DNA from: an uncultured Verrucomicrobiae bacterium
Lineage (GTDB): Bacteria > Verrucomicrobiota > Verrucomicrobiia > Chthoniobacterales > JAFAMB01
Length of the DNA: 64,000 bases
Reading direction: 5' to 3'
Assembly: GCA_963837955.1 (NCBI GenBank)
Contig: CAWIPH010000002.1
Location: forward strand, 416,001-480,000
In this document: in pieces, positions 28,300 through 39,209 of the stretch
Layout: every line of letters starts with the position of its first letter
Position numbering within the stretch: the stretch's first letter is position 1
The notes under the pieces: model-generated
What the model saw: the letters and a program-made list of their open reading frames with translations, nothing else
Databases searched by the model: none
What the model was told of the DNA's origin: nothing
Program-made: the position numbers and the translations under genes

Positions 28300-29781
28300 T
28301 TATTTGAGGAAGAGGCGAAATCCCGGTTCAACCGCTTGCAGAATTAGCTGAGGAGCGAATCCGAAAATCAGAAGCGTGGCGACTAACAGGATTACTGGCC
28401 AGCCTAACGACCAGCTCACATCTCGCACTCCACTCCAACGCTGGGAACGGTCGCCGAAGAATATTCCGCGGTAAGCTCGGAGCATATAGACTGCGGATAT
28501 AACCAAGCCCCACAGGCCGCAGACCGCCGCCCATTGATAGCCGTTGAAAGCGGCCCCTGGCGTTGCAGTTTTGAAAGCGCCAAAAAAGACCAAAAGCTCG
28601 GAAGCAAAGTTGGCGAAGCCCGGTAGTCCGATCGAGGCGAAGGTAGCCAGGCCAAAAAGAAAGCTCAATAACGGCATCGACTTCGCGAGACCGCCCAGAT
28701 CGCGGTAATCGAGCGTTCCGGTTTGTTTCCGCAGTTCACCGCTGATTGCGAAAAGCGCGGCGATCGACAAGCCGTGGGCCAGCATCAGTAAAGCGGCGCC
28801 ATCAACCCCGATGAGGTTGGCACTCACTATACCGAGAAAAATGTAGCCCATGTGCATCACACTCGAATAGCCAAGGGTGAGATCGAGTTGCTTCTGCGCG
28901 ATTGTTGCCAGACCGACGAAAAGAAGGTTCCCGACCAGCAGAAGAAGCATTAGCCAGGTCCAATGCTGAGCCGCTTCCGGCATCAAAGGGAAAGCGATTT
29001 GCAACAAGCCGTACAACCCGAATTTCTTGAGCACGCCGGCATGTAGCATTGAGACCGGGACTGGAGCCGACGCGTACGCCTGGGGAGCCCAAGTGTGAAA
29101 GGGGAAAAGAGAGACAAGCGTGCCAAACCCGATGAGCAGCAGCAGAAATACGGAATTAGCTCCCGCGCCCGCAAATACGCCTGAAGCGGCCATAGCCTGT
29201 AAGCGCGGGATATCGAAAGTGCGTTGCTGCTCTGGAATCAGGAGATACAGACCGATCAGCCCGACCAGCAAAATGATGCTTCCGATCGAAAGATAGATCG
29301 TGATTTTCCAGGCAGCTGTTTGACGATTGCCGGTTCCCCAGATGCCGATCATCAAGAAGGTCGGAATCAGCGCGAGCTCATGAAACGCGTAAAAGAAGAA
29401 GAGGTCGAGAGACGCGAATGCACCGGCTGCCGCCGCTGCGATGAACATGATGCAGGCCATGTAGCGGTGAGAATATTCCTCAACATCTGGCGACACCCAG
29501 GTGGCTGCGAGCGCTACAATCGCGGTGAGCAACAGCATCGTCGCATTCAGCCCATTCACCCCGACCACAAACTTCAGATCCCAGGGGACGACCAGGGGGA
29601 ACCCAGAAACAAACTGGTATCCACCAGCGTGATGATCGTAACCGAGGAAAACGATCAACGCGGCAACTAGAGCGACAATGGTGCCGGCGACGGCTGTCCT
29701 GCGAGCCGGAAGGCCGGCCAGGATGGCAAGCCCAGCGACGAATGGCGCGAGGTAGATGAGATGAACCAGAAGAGCAATCAT
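28300..29781 (-). CDS. nuoM: NADH-quinone oxidoreductase subunit M
   Basis: Motifs FHELALIP, PFHTW, YSSVMHMG, GLPGFANF.SE. Start ATG 29781 overlaps the nuoL stop. Confidence 0.95.
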   Translation of the reverse strand: MIALLVHLIYLAPFVAGLAILAGLPARRTAVAGTIVALVAALIVFLGYDHHAGGYQFVSGFPLVVPWDLKFVVGVNGLNATMLLLTAIVALAATWVSPDVEEYSHRYMACIMFIAAAAAGAFASLDLFFFYAFHELALIPTFLMIGIWGTGNRQTAAWKITIYLSIGSIILLVGLIGLYLLIPEQQRTFDIPRLQAMAASGVFAGAGANSVFLLLLIGFGTLVSLFPFHTWAPQAYASAPVPVSMLHAGVLKKFGLYGLLQIAFPLMPEAAQHWTWLMLLLLVGNLLFVGLATIAQKQLDLTLGYSSVMHMGYIFLGIVSANLIGVDGAALLMLAHGLSIAALFAISGELRKQTGTLDYRDLGGLAKSMPLLSFLFGLATFASIGLPGFANFASELLVFFGAFKTATPGAAFNGYQWAAVCGLWGLVISAVYMLRAYRGIFFGDRSQRWSGVRDVSWSLGWPVILLVATLLIFGFAPQLILQAVEPGFRLFLK

Positions 29782-31571
29782 GACGCGAACAGAATGAGGT
29801 AGAGCAGCAGGACGACTCCAAGACCGAAAAGAAAGGCGTACGCTTGGAGATTGCCAATTTGCAGAAACCGCAGAGCAAACCCGCAACTCCAGGTCATGCC
29901 GCCGAGTCCGCGAACGATACCGCCGTCAATGATCCAGCGGTCAACAAAACCGGCGATTTGCGCAAGCAAATCCTGAGTCCATTTAACCAGCGCCGAATAA
30001 AATTGATCGATGTAAAAACGGTTAGCGAACAAAGGAATTTGAATAGGATCCTTTGATTTTTCCCGATAGAGGTAGAAGCCGAGCAAGCCGCCAGCAAAAA
30101 AAACTGAGAGCGAGGTCATCATCGCCAATATTGGCACCCCTTCGCGCTCTGGCACGCCCATGAAGAAAGTAGCGATTTGAGGAAAACCGATGATACAGGC
30201 AGGGATCGCCAAAAGCACCAGCGGGATAGTCATCACTGGCGGCGACTCCTTCGCATGGGCAGCGGCCTCCGAGCGACTATCGCCGAGAAACGCGACGACA
30301 AAGAGACGCGTGACGTAGTATGCGGTGAAGAACGTCACTAGCGCGATCACCAGCGCGGCGACCAGGTTGTGATCGAAAGCAGAAGCGAGAATCCCGTCCT
30401 TACTCCAAAAACCGGCGAACGGCAAACAGCCGGCCAGCGACAGGCCGCCGACCAGAAAAGTCCAGAAGGTAATCGGCATTCTGCGCTGCAATCCACCCAT
30501 TTGCCAGATGTCCTGCTCGTGGTGAAGGCTGATGATGACCGAACCTGCTCCCAGGAACAGAAGGGCCTTGAAAAACGCATGGGTAAAGAGATGAAATATC
30601 GCGGCCTCCGGCACTCCCAAGCCCAGGGCAGCGATCATCAGACCGAGCTGTGACAGCGTCGAGTATGCCAGGATTCGCTTGATGTCATCTTGTTGGGTGG
30701 CCATCAGGGCAGCCAAAAGCGAGGTGATCAGACCGATCCAGAGCACCACATTTAAAGCGACCGGCGCCGTCTCGAAGATAAAAAAGACTCGAGCTAACAT
30801 GAACACGCCAGCCGCGACCATGGTGGCAGCATGGATCAGCGCCGAGACTGGCGTTGGGCCTTCCATCGCATCAGGCAACCAAACGTGGAGAGGGAATTGA
30901 GCGGATTTCCCGACCGCACCGCAAAAAACGAGAATGGCGGCGGCATTAAGATAAATCGGACTAAGACCGAGGGTAGACCATTTCGATCCTAACTCATCAA
31001 ACATGACGGTTCCGGAAGCCGACCAAACCACTAAGATCCCGAGCATGAAACCAAAGTCGCCGATGCGATTTACGATGAACGCCTTGTTTGCTGCGTCCGC
31101 CGCACTCGGGCGAGTAAACCAATGGCCAATCAAGATGTAGGAGCTCACACCCACCAACTCCCAGAATATGAACATCATGATGAAGTTATTGGCCAAGACG
31201 ATGCCGAGCATCGAAAACATGAACAGCGATAGGGCCGCGAAATAACGCGACCGGCCCCGCTCATCCTTCATGTAACCGATCGAGTAGATGTGAATCAGCA
31301 GACCGACGCCGGTCACGACTAGCAGCATCATCTTGCTGAGTTCGTCTATCTCGTAGCCTACTCGGACTTGAAAGACTCCGAGATCGATCCAATTGAAACT
31401 AGCGTTTTGGTTGGGGCCGGCAAAAACAGTGAGACTGACCAGGAATGAGAGTGCGACCGCGGCTACGGAGAGATAAGAGCTCGCCTTCCTGAACGGTTGG
31501 GTGGCGATGGTAATCAGCGCGGCTGCAATCAGGGGCGAGAATAGGATGATCCAAGGCGCCGGGTTATTCAT
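29778..31571 (-). CDS. nuoL: NADH-quinone oxidoreductase subunit L
   Basis: GKSAQFPLHVWLPDAMEGPTPVSALIHAATMV; HAFFKALLFL. Confidence 0.97.
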   Translation of the reverse strand: MNNPAPWIILFSPLIAAALITIATQPFRKASSYLSVAAVALSFLVSLTVFAGPNQNASFNWIDLGVFQVRVGYEIDELSKMMLLVVTGVGLLIHIYSIGYMKDERGRSRYFAALSLFMFSMLGIVLANNFIMMFIFWELVGVSSYILIGHWFTRPSAADAANKAFIVNRIGDFGFMLGILVVWSASGTVMFDELGSKWSTLGLSPIYLNAAAILVFCGAVGKSAQFPLHVWLPDAMEGPTPVSALIHAATMVAAGVFMLARVFFIFETAPVALNVVLWIGLITSLLAALMATQQDDIKRILAYSTLSQLGLMIAALGLGVPEAAIFHLFTHAFFKALLFLGAGSVIISLHHEQDIWQMGGLQRRMPITFWTFLVGGLSLAGCLPFAGFWSKDGILASAFDHNLVAALVIALVTFFTAYYVTRLFVVAFLGDSRSEAAAHAKESPPVMTIPLVLLAIPACIIGFPQIATFFMGVPEREGVPILAMMTSLSVFFAGGLLGFYLYREKSKDPIQIPLFANRFYIDQFYSALVKWTQDLLAQIAGFVDRWIIDGGIVRGLGGMTWSCGFALRFLQIGNLQAYAFLFGLGVVLLLYLILFAS

Positions 31572-31574
31572 TCG

Positions 31575-31892
31575 CTAGAATTTGAGGGAGTTGAGATCTT
31601 CAACGTGAGTCGTCTGCCGGGCCCGGTAGATCGCCACGATGACGGCTAGTCCCACTGCGACTTCGGCTGCGGCGACGCTGATGATGAAGAAAACCAAGAT
31701 CTGGGCGTTGTAATCGGGCAGGCCGTTTTGAACATTGAACCTGGAAAATCCGATCAAGGAGAGGTTTGCCGCGTTCAGCATCAACTCTAGAGCCATGAAA
31801 ATTATAATCAGATTGCGTCGCAGCAGGACCCCGGCGAACCCGATAGCGAAAAGCAATCCGCTGACAATTAGATAGTCGTTCAAAGTGACCAT
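31575..31892 (-). CDS. nuoK: NADH-quinone oxidoreductase subunit K
   Basis: [21 protein letters not shown]. Confidence 0.96.
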   Translation of the reverse strand: MVTLNDYLIVSGLLFAIGFAGVLLRRNLIIIFMALELMLNAANLSLIGFSRFNVQNGLPDYNAQILVFFIISVAAAEVAVGLAVIVAIYRARQTTHVEDLNSLKF

Positions 31893-31894
31893 AC

Positions 31895-32398
31895 TTATTT
31901 CAGTTCCCGCTTGCTCAATACCACAACGCCGACGGATGCAACCACGATCAAGGCCCCAATAATTTGGAGCGGTAACTTATACTGCTGAAACAGCGTAAGT
32001 CCGATGAACCAGACGTCTGCATGTTGACCATGTTCAATGGCCGGAAAAGAGGCCGATCCGTCTTGGAAGCCGTAACTTACGTCGAAAAGAATTTTAACGA
32101 ATAAAGCGATAACGACGATCCCGCCAAAAAGCGCAGGTAAATTCAGTTTTCGACGCTGCTCCGCCTTTAGGTCTAGCAACATGATGATGAAGAGAAACAG
32201 CACCATCACCGCGCCGGCGTAGACTAGAATTTGAATTACCCCAATAAAAAAGGCGTCGAGCGATACGTACAGTGCCGCCAGGGCGAGGAAGCAAACAACT
32301 AGGCTGAGCGCACTCGTCACTGGATTACGGTTGATCACGACCATGAGGCCGAAGAACAGCATGATCACCGAGAAGGTCCAAAAGAGCGGGGGAGCCAT
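31895..32398 (-). CDS. nuoJ: NADH-quinone oxidoreductase subunit J
   Basis: [27 protein letters not shown]. Start taken as ATG 32398. Confidence 0.95.
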   Translation of the reverse strand: MAPPLFWTFSVIMLFFGLMVVINRNPVTSALSLVVCFLALAALYVSLDAFFIGVIQILVYAGAVMVLFLFIIMLLDLKAEQRRKLNLPALFGGIVVIALFVKILFDVSYGFQDGSASFPAIEHGQHADVWFIGLTLFQQYKLPLQIIGALIVVASVGVVVLSKRELK

Positions 32399-32403
32399 CG
32401 TGG

Positions 32404-32934
32404 TTACTTCTTCTCGTTCCACTTATTGACCAAGCCGGTCATCACTCCGCCTAACTCGTACAGGCGCTCCTTATCGTGCACCATTTCTGCGCGGGTGAGT
32501 CCCGTAATCGCATAATCCTTTCGCAAAAAGATTGCCTGTTCGGGGCAAACTTCTTCGCAGAGCCCGCAATAGATGCAGCGGATCATATCTATTTCAAACT
32601 CTTCGGGATATTTTTCCACCTTTCGCCATCGATCATTCTCCGGAATTTCACCCGGTTTGATGGTGATCGCCCGAGGCGGGCAAATGAATTCGCAGAGTTG
32701 GCAGGCCACGCAGCGTTCCCGACCAAACTCATCTGTTACCAACGTCGGAGCACCGCGATAGTGCGGCGGTAAACTGTCATCCCACTTTTCGTCGGGATAC
32801 TGCATCGTGACTTTTTTCTTCCGGAGGAGGATTCCGAAAAAGTGTCTGATCGTGATGCCGAGACCGGTTAGCACGGCCGGTAGATAAATCCTCTCGGATA
32901 AAGTCAATTTCGGGCGGGAAACGGTGTAAGCCAT
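32404..32934 (-). CDS. nuoI: NADH-quinone oxidoreductase subunit I
   Basis: Two CxxCxxCxxxCP motifs. Start moved to ATG 32934. Confidence 0.96.
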   Translation of the reverse strand: MAYTVSRPKLTLSERIYLPAVLTGLGITIRHFFGILLRKKKVTMQYPDEKWDDSLPPHYRGAPTLVTDEFGRERCVACQLCEFICPPRAITIKPGEIPENDRWRKVEKYPEEFEIDMIRCIYCGLCEEVCPEQAIFLRKDYAITGLTRAEMVHDKERLYELGGVMTGLVNKWNEKK

Positions 32935-32942
32935 GGGGTCCT

Positions 32943-34073
32943 TTACTTCGGCATAATCGCCAGAATGATGGCTACGAGCAGGATATTCACGAGCGCAATC
33001 TCGAAGAAGAAATACCAGCCGAGTCTCATTAATTGATCGAAGCGGAAACGGGGTAAGGTCCAGCGGACCCAAATAAAGAAAAATAAGAGAAGAGCGACTT
33101 TTACGAAAAAGGCGATGATATGAGCCAGGCCAAGAAGGACGCCTGGCCAAAACGGGAGCTGCTCGGGCGCCGTCGGAAGCAAAGGAATGTGCCACGCCCC
33201 GAAGAAGAGTGTCACGATGACGGCTGAGCCGGCAATCATCGCAGCGTATTCTCCCAAAAAGAACAGAGCGAATTTCATCGACGAATACTCGGTGTGGTAG
33301 CCGCCGACCAATTCGGTTTCCGACTCCGGTAGATCAAAAGGAAGGCGATTGGTTTCGGCGAACATCGAAACCAGGAAAACGAAGAAAGAAAGAAAAAGCG
33401 GGATCCAAAGCAGAATTTTCCAGATGCTGAAAGAGCTGATTAACTCCGCAAAATTGATACCGGTAAAAGAGATGCCTTTCAGCCAGAGAGGGGAAATAAG
33501 CCATCCATTTTCAATTTGGTATTTTACGATGGCGGGCAAATTGAGTGTGCCGCAGATCAGGAAAATTGGAACGACCGATAGGCCGAGCGAGAGTTCATAC
33601 GAGATCATTTGGGAGCTCGAGCGGATGCCGCCCAGAAATGGATATTTGGAATTTGATGACCATCCGGCCAGAACAATCCCGTATACGCCGAGCGATGAAA
33701 CTGCGAACACCCAAAGAACTCCGATGTCGACATTAGCAATTACCATCGGTTGACCAAACCAGGTGCTGCCAAAAGGGATGACGGCGAGCGCCATGATGGA
33801 AGGAGCCATTGCGCAGGCGGGCGCCAGCCAATAATAGAATTTGTTGACGTGGGCCGGCGTGAAATCTTCTTTCAAGAGTAGTTTCAGCGCGTCGGCGATT
33901 GGTTGCAGCAGGCCGAGTGGCCCAACCCGATTGGGACCAATCCGGTCCTGAATCATAGCGCTTACTCGGCGTTCAGCATAAACCGTGTAAGAGACCATCG
34001 GGAGGATGACCGCGAACAATAGTCCGAGCGTTTTCAGCAAACTAATGGCGACGCCGGTTAGGAAATCGGTCAT
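32943..34073 (-). CDS. nuoH: NADH-quinone oxidoreductase subunit H
   Basis: ERRV..IQDRIGPNRVG; AETNRLPFDLPESETELVGGYHTEYS. Confidence 0.97.
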   Translation of the reverse strand: MTDFLTGVAISLLKTLGLLFAVILPMVSYTVYAERRVSAMIQDRIGPNRVGPLGLLQPIADALKLLLKEDFTPAHVNKFYYWLAPACAMAPSIMALAVIPFGSTWFGQPMVIANVDIGVLWVFAVSSLGVYGIVLAGWSSNSKYPFLGGIRSSSQMISYELSLGLSVVPIFLICGTLNLPAIVKYQIENGWLISPLWLKGISFTGINFAELISSFSIWKILLWIPLFLSFFVFLVSMFAETNRLPFDLPESETELVGGYHTEYSSMKFALFFLGEYAAMIAGSAVIVTLFFGAWHIPLLPTAPEQLPFWPGVLLGLAHIIAFFVKVALLLFFFIWVRWTLPRFRFDQLMRLGWYFFFEIALVNILLVAIILAIMPK

Positions 34074-35743
34074 ACGAGGGCGTTTTCCGGTGCTCCCGCT
34101 GGGGCTGTCTTGTCTTCGAGCTGTATCCCTAGATCTCCTATTCTGCTTAAACTGATTCCACGTAATTCCGGGATGGCTTCAGCCATTTGCTTGAAGACAT
34201 CTTCAATGAGGTAAATGCCATTGGAGCCGGTGAATTTTTGGAGGAGGTCCCGCAAAATTTCCCAATCGTCCCGAGCGTCTCCGGGTCCTTGAATCGCCCG
34301 ATTTAGCCGTTGCAGCCGGCTCTTGATATTGATCATTGAACCTCGTTTCTCGGCAAAAGAAAGACTAGGCAATAGGATCGTCGCGTGCGCAGTGGTCTGA
34401 TTTGGAAGGATGTCGACAACGATCAGTGTTTCGAGTTTCTCGAGATCAGCGCTACTCAGTCCGGGGCTGAGATCTTCACCGAGTGCTAGAATCGCTTTAA
34501 TGGTACCGGCCTTCACTTGCTGAATGATCTCCGGTAAGAGGCTACCTGGTTCTTCCTGGGAGACACCGAAAAGATGGGCTCCTACAGTATTCGGATTGCG
34601 GAAGCTACTCAGAAGCAAATCGTCTCCTTGCCCCATCCGCGGAACGACGTCGTGGTATTTGACGCCCAAAGCCTCGATCAGCTTCTTGGTGAGCCAAAGT
34701 TCTTCATTCGTCATCTTACCGGAGCCAATGACGGCGATTTCTTCTCCCTTGAATCGGCGCAGATCATCGACGGCCCGAGTGATCGCCGCGTTCCAGCTAG
34801 CCTCTTCCAGTGCCTCCCCGAACCGAATTACCGGTTTGGTTAACCGCTCGGGTGCGTTCACGTAGTGAAAATTCAGCCGGCCATAATCGCACATCCAGGC
34901 AGAATTGACGTAGTCGTTGTCGCGAGGAGTTTGCCGGTAGATGACATTTTCGCGGCTGCCAATAATCGTGTTGCAGCCAGTCGCGCAACTCGTACAAATG
35001 CTTTTGGTTTCCTTCAAAAACCAAACGCGCATCTTGAAGCGAAAATCGGTATTGGTTAGCGCTCCGACCGGGCAGATATCTACCGTGTTAAGTGAATAGT
35101 TGCTATCCAGCAGGCGACCCGGGTGGGCGGTGAGGTAAGTGTGGCTGCCACGGCTAGCGAATCCGAGGACGTCATCCTTTGCCACCTCCTTCATGAAACG
35201 AATGCACCGGGAACAGAGAATACAACGTTCATCGTCCAGTGTTACCCGCGGTCCGAGCTCAACCCGTTTTGGCTTCTTAACTTTTTCTTCGAGAAACCGA
35301 GAGCCCCCTGTTCCATACTCCACGCTGAACTCCTGTAGCTGACATTCGCCAGCTTGATCGCAGATCGGACAGTCGAGCGGATGATTGATGAGCAGGAATT
35401 CCATTACGCCGTGCCGGCATTCGCGGACCATCGGCGAATCTGTCCGGATCCCCATACCCTCCGCGATATCTTGAGCACAGGAAATCTGGGGACGGGGAAT
35501 CCAGTTGATGACCGGTTTGCCGTCCCCTCCAGTTTCCGCTTTGCGGTCGGGACCCAGCTTTGGCATCCCCATCTCGATCAGACACATGCGGCAGTTTCCC
35601 GGTGAGCTGAGCTTGGGATGATAACAATAATGGGGAACGAATTTGCCGGCCTTAGCGCACGCTTCGATCACCCGAGTTCCTTTCGGGAACTGGTGCCACA
35701 CGCCATCGATCTGTACGTTCAAGAGTTCTGCGGATCCACTCAT
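34070..35743 (-). CDS. nuoG: NADH-quinone oxidoreductase subunit G (557 aa)
   Basis: CYHPKLS.GNCRMC, HPLDCPICDQAGECQLQ, CILCSRC. Confidence 0.94.
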   Translation of the reverse strand: MSGSAELLNVQIDGVWHQFPKGTRVIEACAKAGKFVPHYCYHPKLSSPGNCRMCLIEMGMPKLGPDRKAETGGDGKPVINWIPRPQISCAQDIAEGMGIRTDSPMVRECRHGVMEFLLINHPLDCPICDQAGECQLQEFSVEYGTGGSRFLEEKVKKPKRVELGPRVTLDDERCILCSRCIRFMKEVAKDDVLGFASRGSHTYLTAHPGRLLDSNYSLNTVDICPVGALTNTDFRFKMRVWFLKETKSICTSCATGCNTIIGSRENVIYRQTPRDNDYVNSAWMCDYGRLNFHYVNAPERLTKPVIRFGEALEEASWNAAITRAVDDLRRFKGEEIAVIGSGKMTNEELWLTKKLIEALGVKYHDVVPRMGQGDDLLLSSFRNPNTVGAHLFGVSQEEPGSLLPEIIQQVKAGTIKAILALGEDLSPGLSSADLEKLETLIVVDILPNQTTAHATILLPSLSFAEKRGSMINIKSRLQRLNRAIQGPGDARDDWEILRDLLQKFTGSNGIYLIEDVFKQMAEAIPELRGISLSRIGDLGIQLEDKTAPAGAPENALV

Positions 35744-35752
35744 AACCTCAAA

Positions 35753-37108
35753 TTAAACCTGCCCATTCTTTGCAGCGTAGGCTGCAAATTCATCGGCGAA
35801 CTTGGCGACAAAGCTTTGAGTCGGCCAAGCGCAAGCCTCGCCAAACGCGCAAATTGTTCGTCCGGCTATATTGTCGGCGACACTTTTTAAGACGCCCGGA
35901 TCCCTCTTATCGCCGCCACCCTGAAGCAGCCGCCCGGTCAACTTGCTCATCCAAAGCGAGCCTTCCCGGCAGGGAGTACATTGCCCGCAACTTTCGTGCG
36001 CATAAAACTCGTTAATGTTATTGAGGGCCCAGACCATATCTCGAGAGTCGTCCATCACGATCACCCCCCCGGACCCCGCCATGGAGCCGACCGCAGCCAA
36101 TGAATCAAAGTCCATTCGAATGTCTTCGATCCCAATTTCCTGTTCACTCATCGTACCGTCGGGCTGCTTGTTCTTGATCTTGAAGCGCTCATCGGCGCGA
36201 AGCACTTTGGCCGAGCTTCCTCCCGGAATTACTGCCTTCAATTTACGCCCTGGTTTCAATCCACCGCAGATATCGTAGAGCAGTTCTCCCATGGTTACTC
36301 CGCCCACTTCCAGCTCGTAGTATCCCGGCCTTTGCACGTCCCCGCTGACACAAAGGACGCGAGTTCCAGTGTTATTGGGACGCCCGATTTTGGCAAACTC
36401 TGCGCCGCCCATCCGCACGATGTGCTTCACGTTGCATAGAGTTTCTACATTGTTGACGACAGTCGGGCTCATGTATAGACCAAGGACTGCCGGAAAGTAG
36501 GGAGGCTTAATGCGCGGATAAGGACGTTTTCCTTCCAAAGATTCGATCAGGCCGGTTTCCTCGCCGCAAATGTAGGCGCCGGCGCCGCGATGTACGTAGA
36601 TCTCTAGGTCAAAGCCGCTTCCCAAAATATTCGAACCGAGGTAGCCGCGATCTTTTGCTTCGGCGATCGCCTGTTCCAGAATCTTGGCGCCGAGCGGAAA
36701 CTCTCCCCGAATATAGATGTATGCTAGCCGGGCATTCACCGCGTAGCAGGAGATGATCATTCCTTCGATCAATTGATGCGGATCCTGGTGAATAATGTAG
36801 CGATCCTTGAAAGTACCGGGTTCCGATTCGTCTGCGTTGCAGATCAGGTAAACAGGCTTGGACCCGCCTGGTTTGATGAATCCCCATTTGGCGCCGCAAG
36901 GAAAGCCGGCACCGCCTCGACCCCGCAAAGCGGAGGTTTTGACCTCGTTCACGATTTGTTCCGGCGTCATTCGGAAGGCGGCACGCAAATCCGCGTAGCC
37001 GCCATCGTTTTCGTAGCAAATGATGTCGGGAGTCCAACCCTCGCGGTCGATGTTTTTGAAGATGATCCGCATTTCGCGAGGGTGCGGGGTTCGGTGGATC
37101 GATGCCAT
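35753..37108 (-). CDS. nuoF: NADH-quinone oxidoreductase subunit F
   Basis: LRGRGGAGF, NADESEPGTFKD, GAGAYICGEET, ESCGQCTPCREG. Start ATG 37108. Confidence 0.97.
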   Translation of the reverse strand: MASIHRTPHPREMRIIFKNIDREGWTPDIICYENDGGYADLRAAFRMTPEQIVNEVKTSALRGRGGAGFPCGAKWGFIKPGGSKPVYLICNADESEPGTFKDRYIIHQDPHQLIEGMIISCYAVNARLAYIYIRGEFPLGAKILEQAIAEAKDRGYLGSNILGSGFDLEIYVHRGAGAYICGEETGLIESLEGKRPYPRIKPPYFPAVLGLYMSPTVVNNVETLCNVKHIVRMGGAEFAKIGRPNNTGTRVLCVSGDVQRPGYYELEVGGVTMGELLYDICGGLKPGRKLKAVIPGGSSAKVLRADERFKIKNKQPDGTMSEQEIGIEDIRMDFDSLAAVGSMAGSGGVIVMDDSRDMVWALNNINEFYAHESCGQCTPCREGSLWMSKLTGRLLQGGGDKRDPGVLKSVADNIAGRTICAFGEACAWPTQSFVAKFADEFAAYAAKNGQV

Positions 37109-37110
37109 AG

Positions 37111-37605
37111 CTATTGATACTTTTGGAGCAATTCCGGGACTTCGTCCTCCGAAGTGGCCTCGTAAAAATCGTCGTCGATCATGCAAACCGGTCCGGTACC
37201 GCAACTCGCTAGACACTCGACAAATTCCACACTGTATTTTCCGTCAGCACTTTTCAAAACGTGGCTGTTATGGCCGTGCTGATCCGGATCGATCTTGGCA
37301 TAGCGGCAAAAAGACTTGAGTAGCGAATAGCTGCCTGCCATCGCGCAGGATAGCGTGCGGCACACCCTAATGTGGTGCTTCCCGAATGGCTCCTGGCGGA
37401 ACATCGGATAAAATGTCACCAGCTCCAGGATGTTGATCGGTTCCAATTCCAGCCTTTGGGCGACCCAAGTGATGGCTTCACTACTAATGTAGCCAAAGTG
37501 TTCCTGAATAAGATGGAGAAGCGGTAGCGAAGCGCTCCGCTTCGAAACCGGGTAATGAGCAATGATCTCGTCGATCCGCGACTGAAGTTCGGCTGGGATT
37601 TCCAT
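37111..37605 (-). CDS. nuoE: NADH-quinone oxidoreductase subunit E
   Basis: TFYPMF, VCRTLSC, ECLASC. Confidence 0.95.
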   Translation of the reverse strand: MEIPAELQSRIDEIIAHYPVSKRSASLPLLHLIQEHFGYISSEAITWVAQRLELEPINILELVTFYPMFRQEPFGKHHIRVCRTLSCAMAGSYSLLKSFCRYAKIDPDQHGHNSHVLKSADGKYSVEFVECLASCGTGPVCMIDDDFYEATSEDEVPELLQKYQ

Positions 37606-37607
37606 AA

Positions 37608-37901
37608 TCAATGTCCGGCTAGACGCTCCGGCTCTTTAACCAAGTGGCCGTTCTGAAACCGTAGAGCGATCGTCTGATGGTCTTGCTCGTAGTAATAAGT
37701 AATCACAGTTAACGGCTTCTTATTGATCTCTCCGTCCTCCTCCTCCTTTTTCTCGCGATCGGGTTGCCCCAAAATCGTTTCTACTTCCTTTGGGCTCATG
37801 CTGAGCCTGACCTGTTCCAGATTCCGGTTTGCGATTTCGCGCTTACAACCTCCCAGGAAAAACGCCGCGGTGAAGGCCACGATGACGATCCGGAAGGCCA
37901 T
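37608..37901 (-). CDS. Small lipoprotein, SmpA/BamE-like domain
   Basis: Signal peptide MAFRIV...FLGG-C and MSPKEVETILGQPD; fills the nuoD-nuoE gap almost exactly. Confidence 0.75.
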   Translation of the reverse strand: MAFRIVIVAFTAAFFLGGCKREIANRNLEQVRLSMSPKEVETILGQPDREKKEEEDGEINKKPLTVITYYYEQDHQTIALRFQNGHLVKEPERLAGH

Positions 37902-37905
37902 AAAC

Positions 37906-39156
37906 TTACCGGTCACATTCACCCATAACAAAATCTAAACTGCCGAGAACAGCGACGACATCAGACATCATGTGGCCAAGCAAAATCTTCGGGAGAATAC
38001 TTAGATTCACGAATGAGGGCGCTCGGATTTTCAGGCGATACGGTACGCCGCCGCCCTTGCTGTGAATGTAGAACCCCAGTTCGCCTTTCGGATTTTCTGC
38101 TCCAAAATAGATCTCCCCCGGCGGTGCATCTACCCCTTCCGTGTGGATGATGAAATGATGGATGAGTTCTTCCATCTTCATGAGCACATCCGGTTTGGGT
38201 GGAGGAAAGTTCTTAGGATCGGAGACGTTGACCGGCCCGGAAGGAAGGTCTTTTATCACCTGACGCAAGATCTTGACGCTCTGTCGCATCTCCTCGATGC
38301 GGACGAGATAACGATCAAACGCGTCGCCCACTGTGCCGATCGGGATGTCAAAATCGTACTTTTCGTAGTCCAGATAAGGTTTTGCCCTGCGAACATCGTA
38401 TTCGATTCCGCTGCCGCGAAGATTCGGCCCGGTGATTCCATAGCTGATGGCATCCTCCTTCGTGATAATGCCAAGATCTTTGGTCCGATTGACAAAGATT
38501 GGATTGCGCGTCAGCAGCCGATCGACTTCGTCAAGTTGCGGTACGAACTCATCTAGAAACCGGCTGAGCCTGGCCAAGAATCCTTCCGGTAAATCCCGCG
38601 TCTGCCCGCCCACGCGGGTATAGGAGGTAGTGAAACGTGCTCCGGTGAGCAGTTCTATGAGATCGTAGAGCTTCTCGCGTTCGGTGAACGTGTAGAGAAA
38701 CACGGTCATGGCGCCGACATCCATCGCGAAGGCACCGAGGCCGAGAAGGTGTGCCGAAATGCGCGCCATTTCGCAGCTGATCACTCGTATTGCTTTTCCC
38801 CGAGGGGGAAGCTCCCAGCCGATGAGTTTCTCGACGGCCAACGCGTAAGCAACGTTGTTGGCAAGCGGGGCCAAATAATCAAGCCGATCGGTATAAGGAA
38901 CAAACTGATTATACTGCATGTTTTCAGCGATTTTTTCGTCGCCTCGATGCAAGTACCCGATATCCGGTGTGGCCTTGGTGATAATCTCGCCATCGAGTTC
39001 CAGCACGACTCGGAGTACTCCGTGCGTGGCCGGATGGGAAGGACCCATGTTAATTGTCAACTTTTCGCCAAGAAGTTCGGCATCGCTGATGGCTTCCAGC
39101 GATTTGGCTGTCCGGGTATACGAATCCGGTAATTCAATTTCGCGCGAGGTGGCCAT
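37906..39156 (-). CDS. nuoD: NADH-quinone oxidoreductase subunit D
   Basis: NMGPSHPATHGVLR, GYLHRG.EK, DRLDY, ENPKGELG, GECDR. Confidence 0.97.
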   Translation of the reverse strand: MATSREIELPDSYTRTAKSLEAISDAELLGEKLTINMGPSHPATHGVLRVVLELDGEIITKATPDIGYLHRGDEKIAENMQYNQFVPYTDRLDYLAPLANNVAYALAVEKLIGWELPPRGKAIRVISCEMARISAHLLGLGAFAMDVGAMTVFLYTFTEREKLYDLIELLTGARFTTSYTRVGGQTRDLPEGFLARLSRFLDEFVPQLDEVDRLLTRNPIFVNRTKDLGIITKEDAISYGITGPNLRGSGIEYDVRRAKPYLDYEKYDFDIPIGTVGDAFDRYLVRIEEMRQSVKILRQVIKDLPSGPVNVSDPKNFPPPKPDVLMKMEELIHHFIIHTEGVDAPPGEIYFGAENPKGELGFYIHSKGGGVPYRLKIRAPSFVNLSILPKILLGHMMSDVVAVLGSLDFVMGECDR

Positions 39157-39209
39157 AGGTGCGAGTAAGGCGAAGTTACATATCTCTTATTTGGCGTCGC
39201 AAGCGATTA

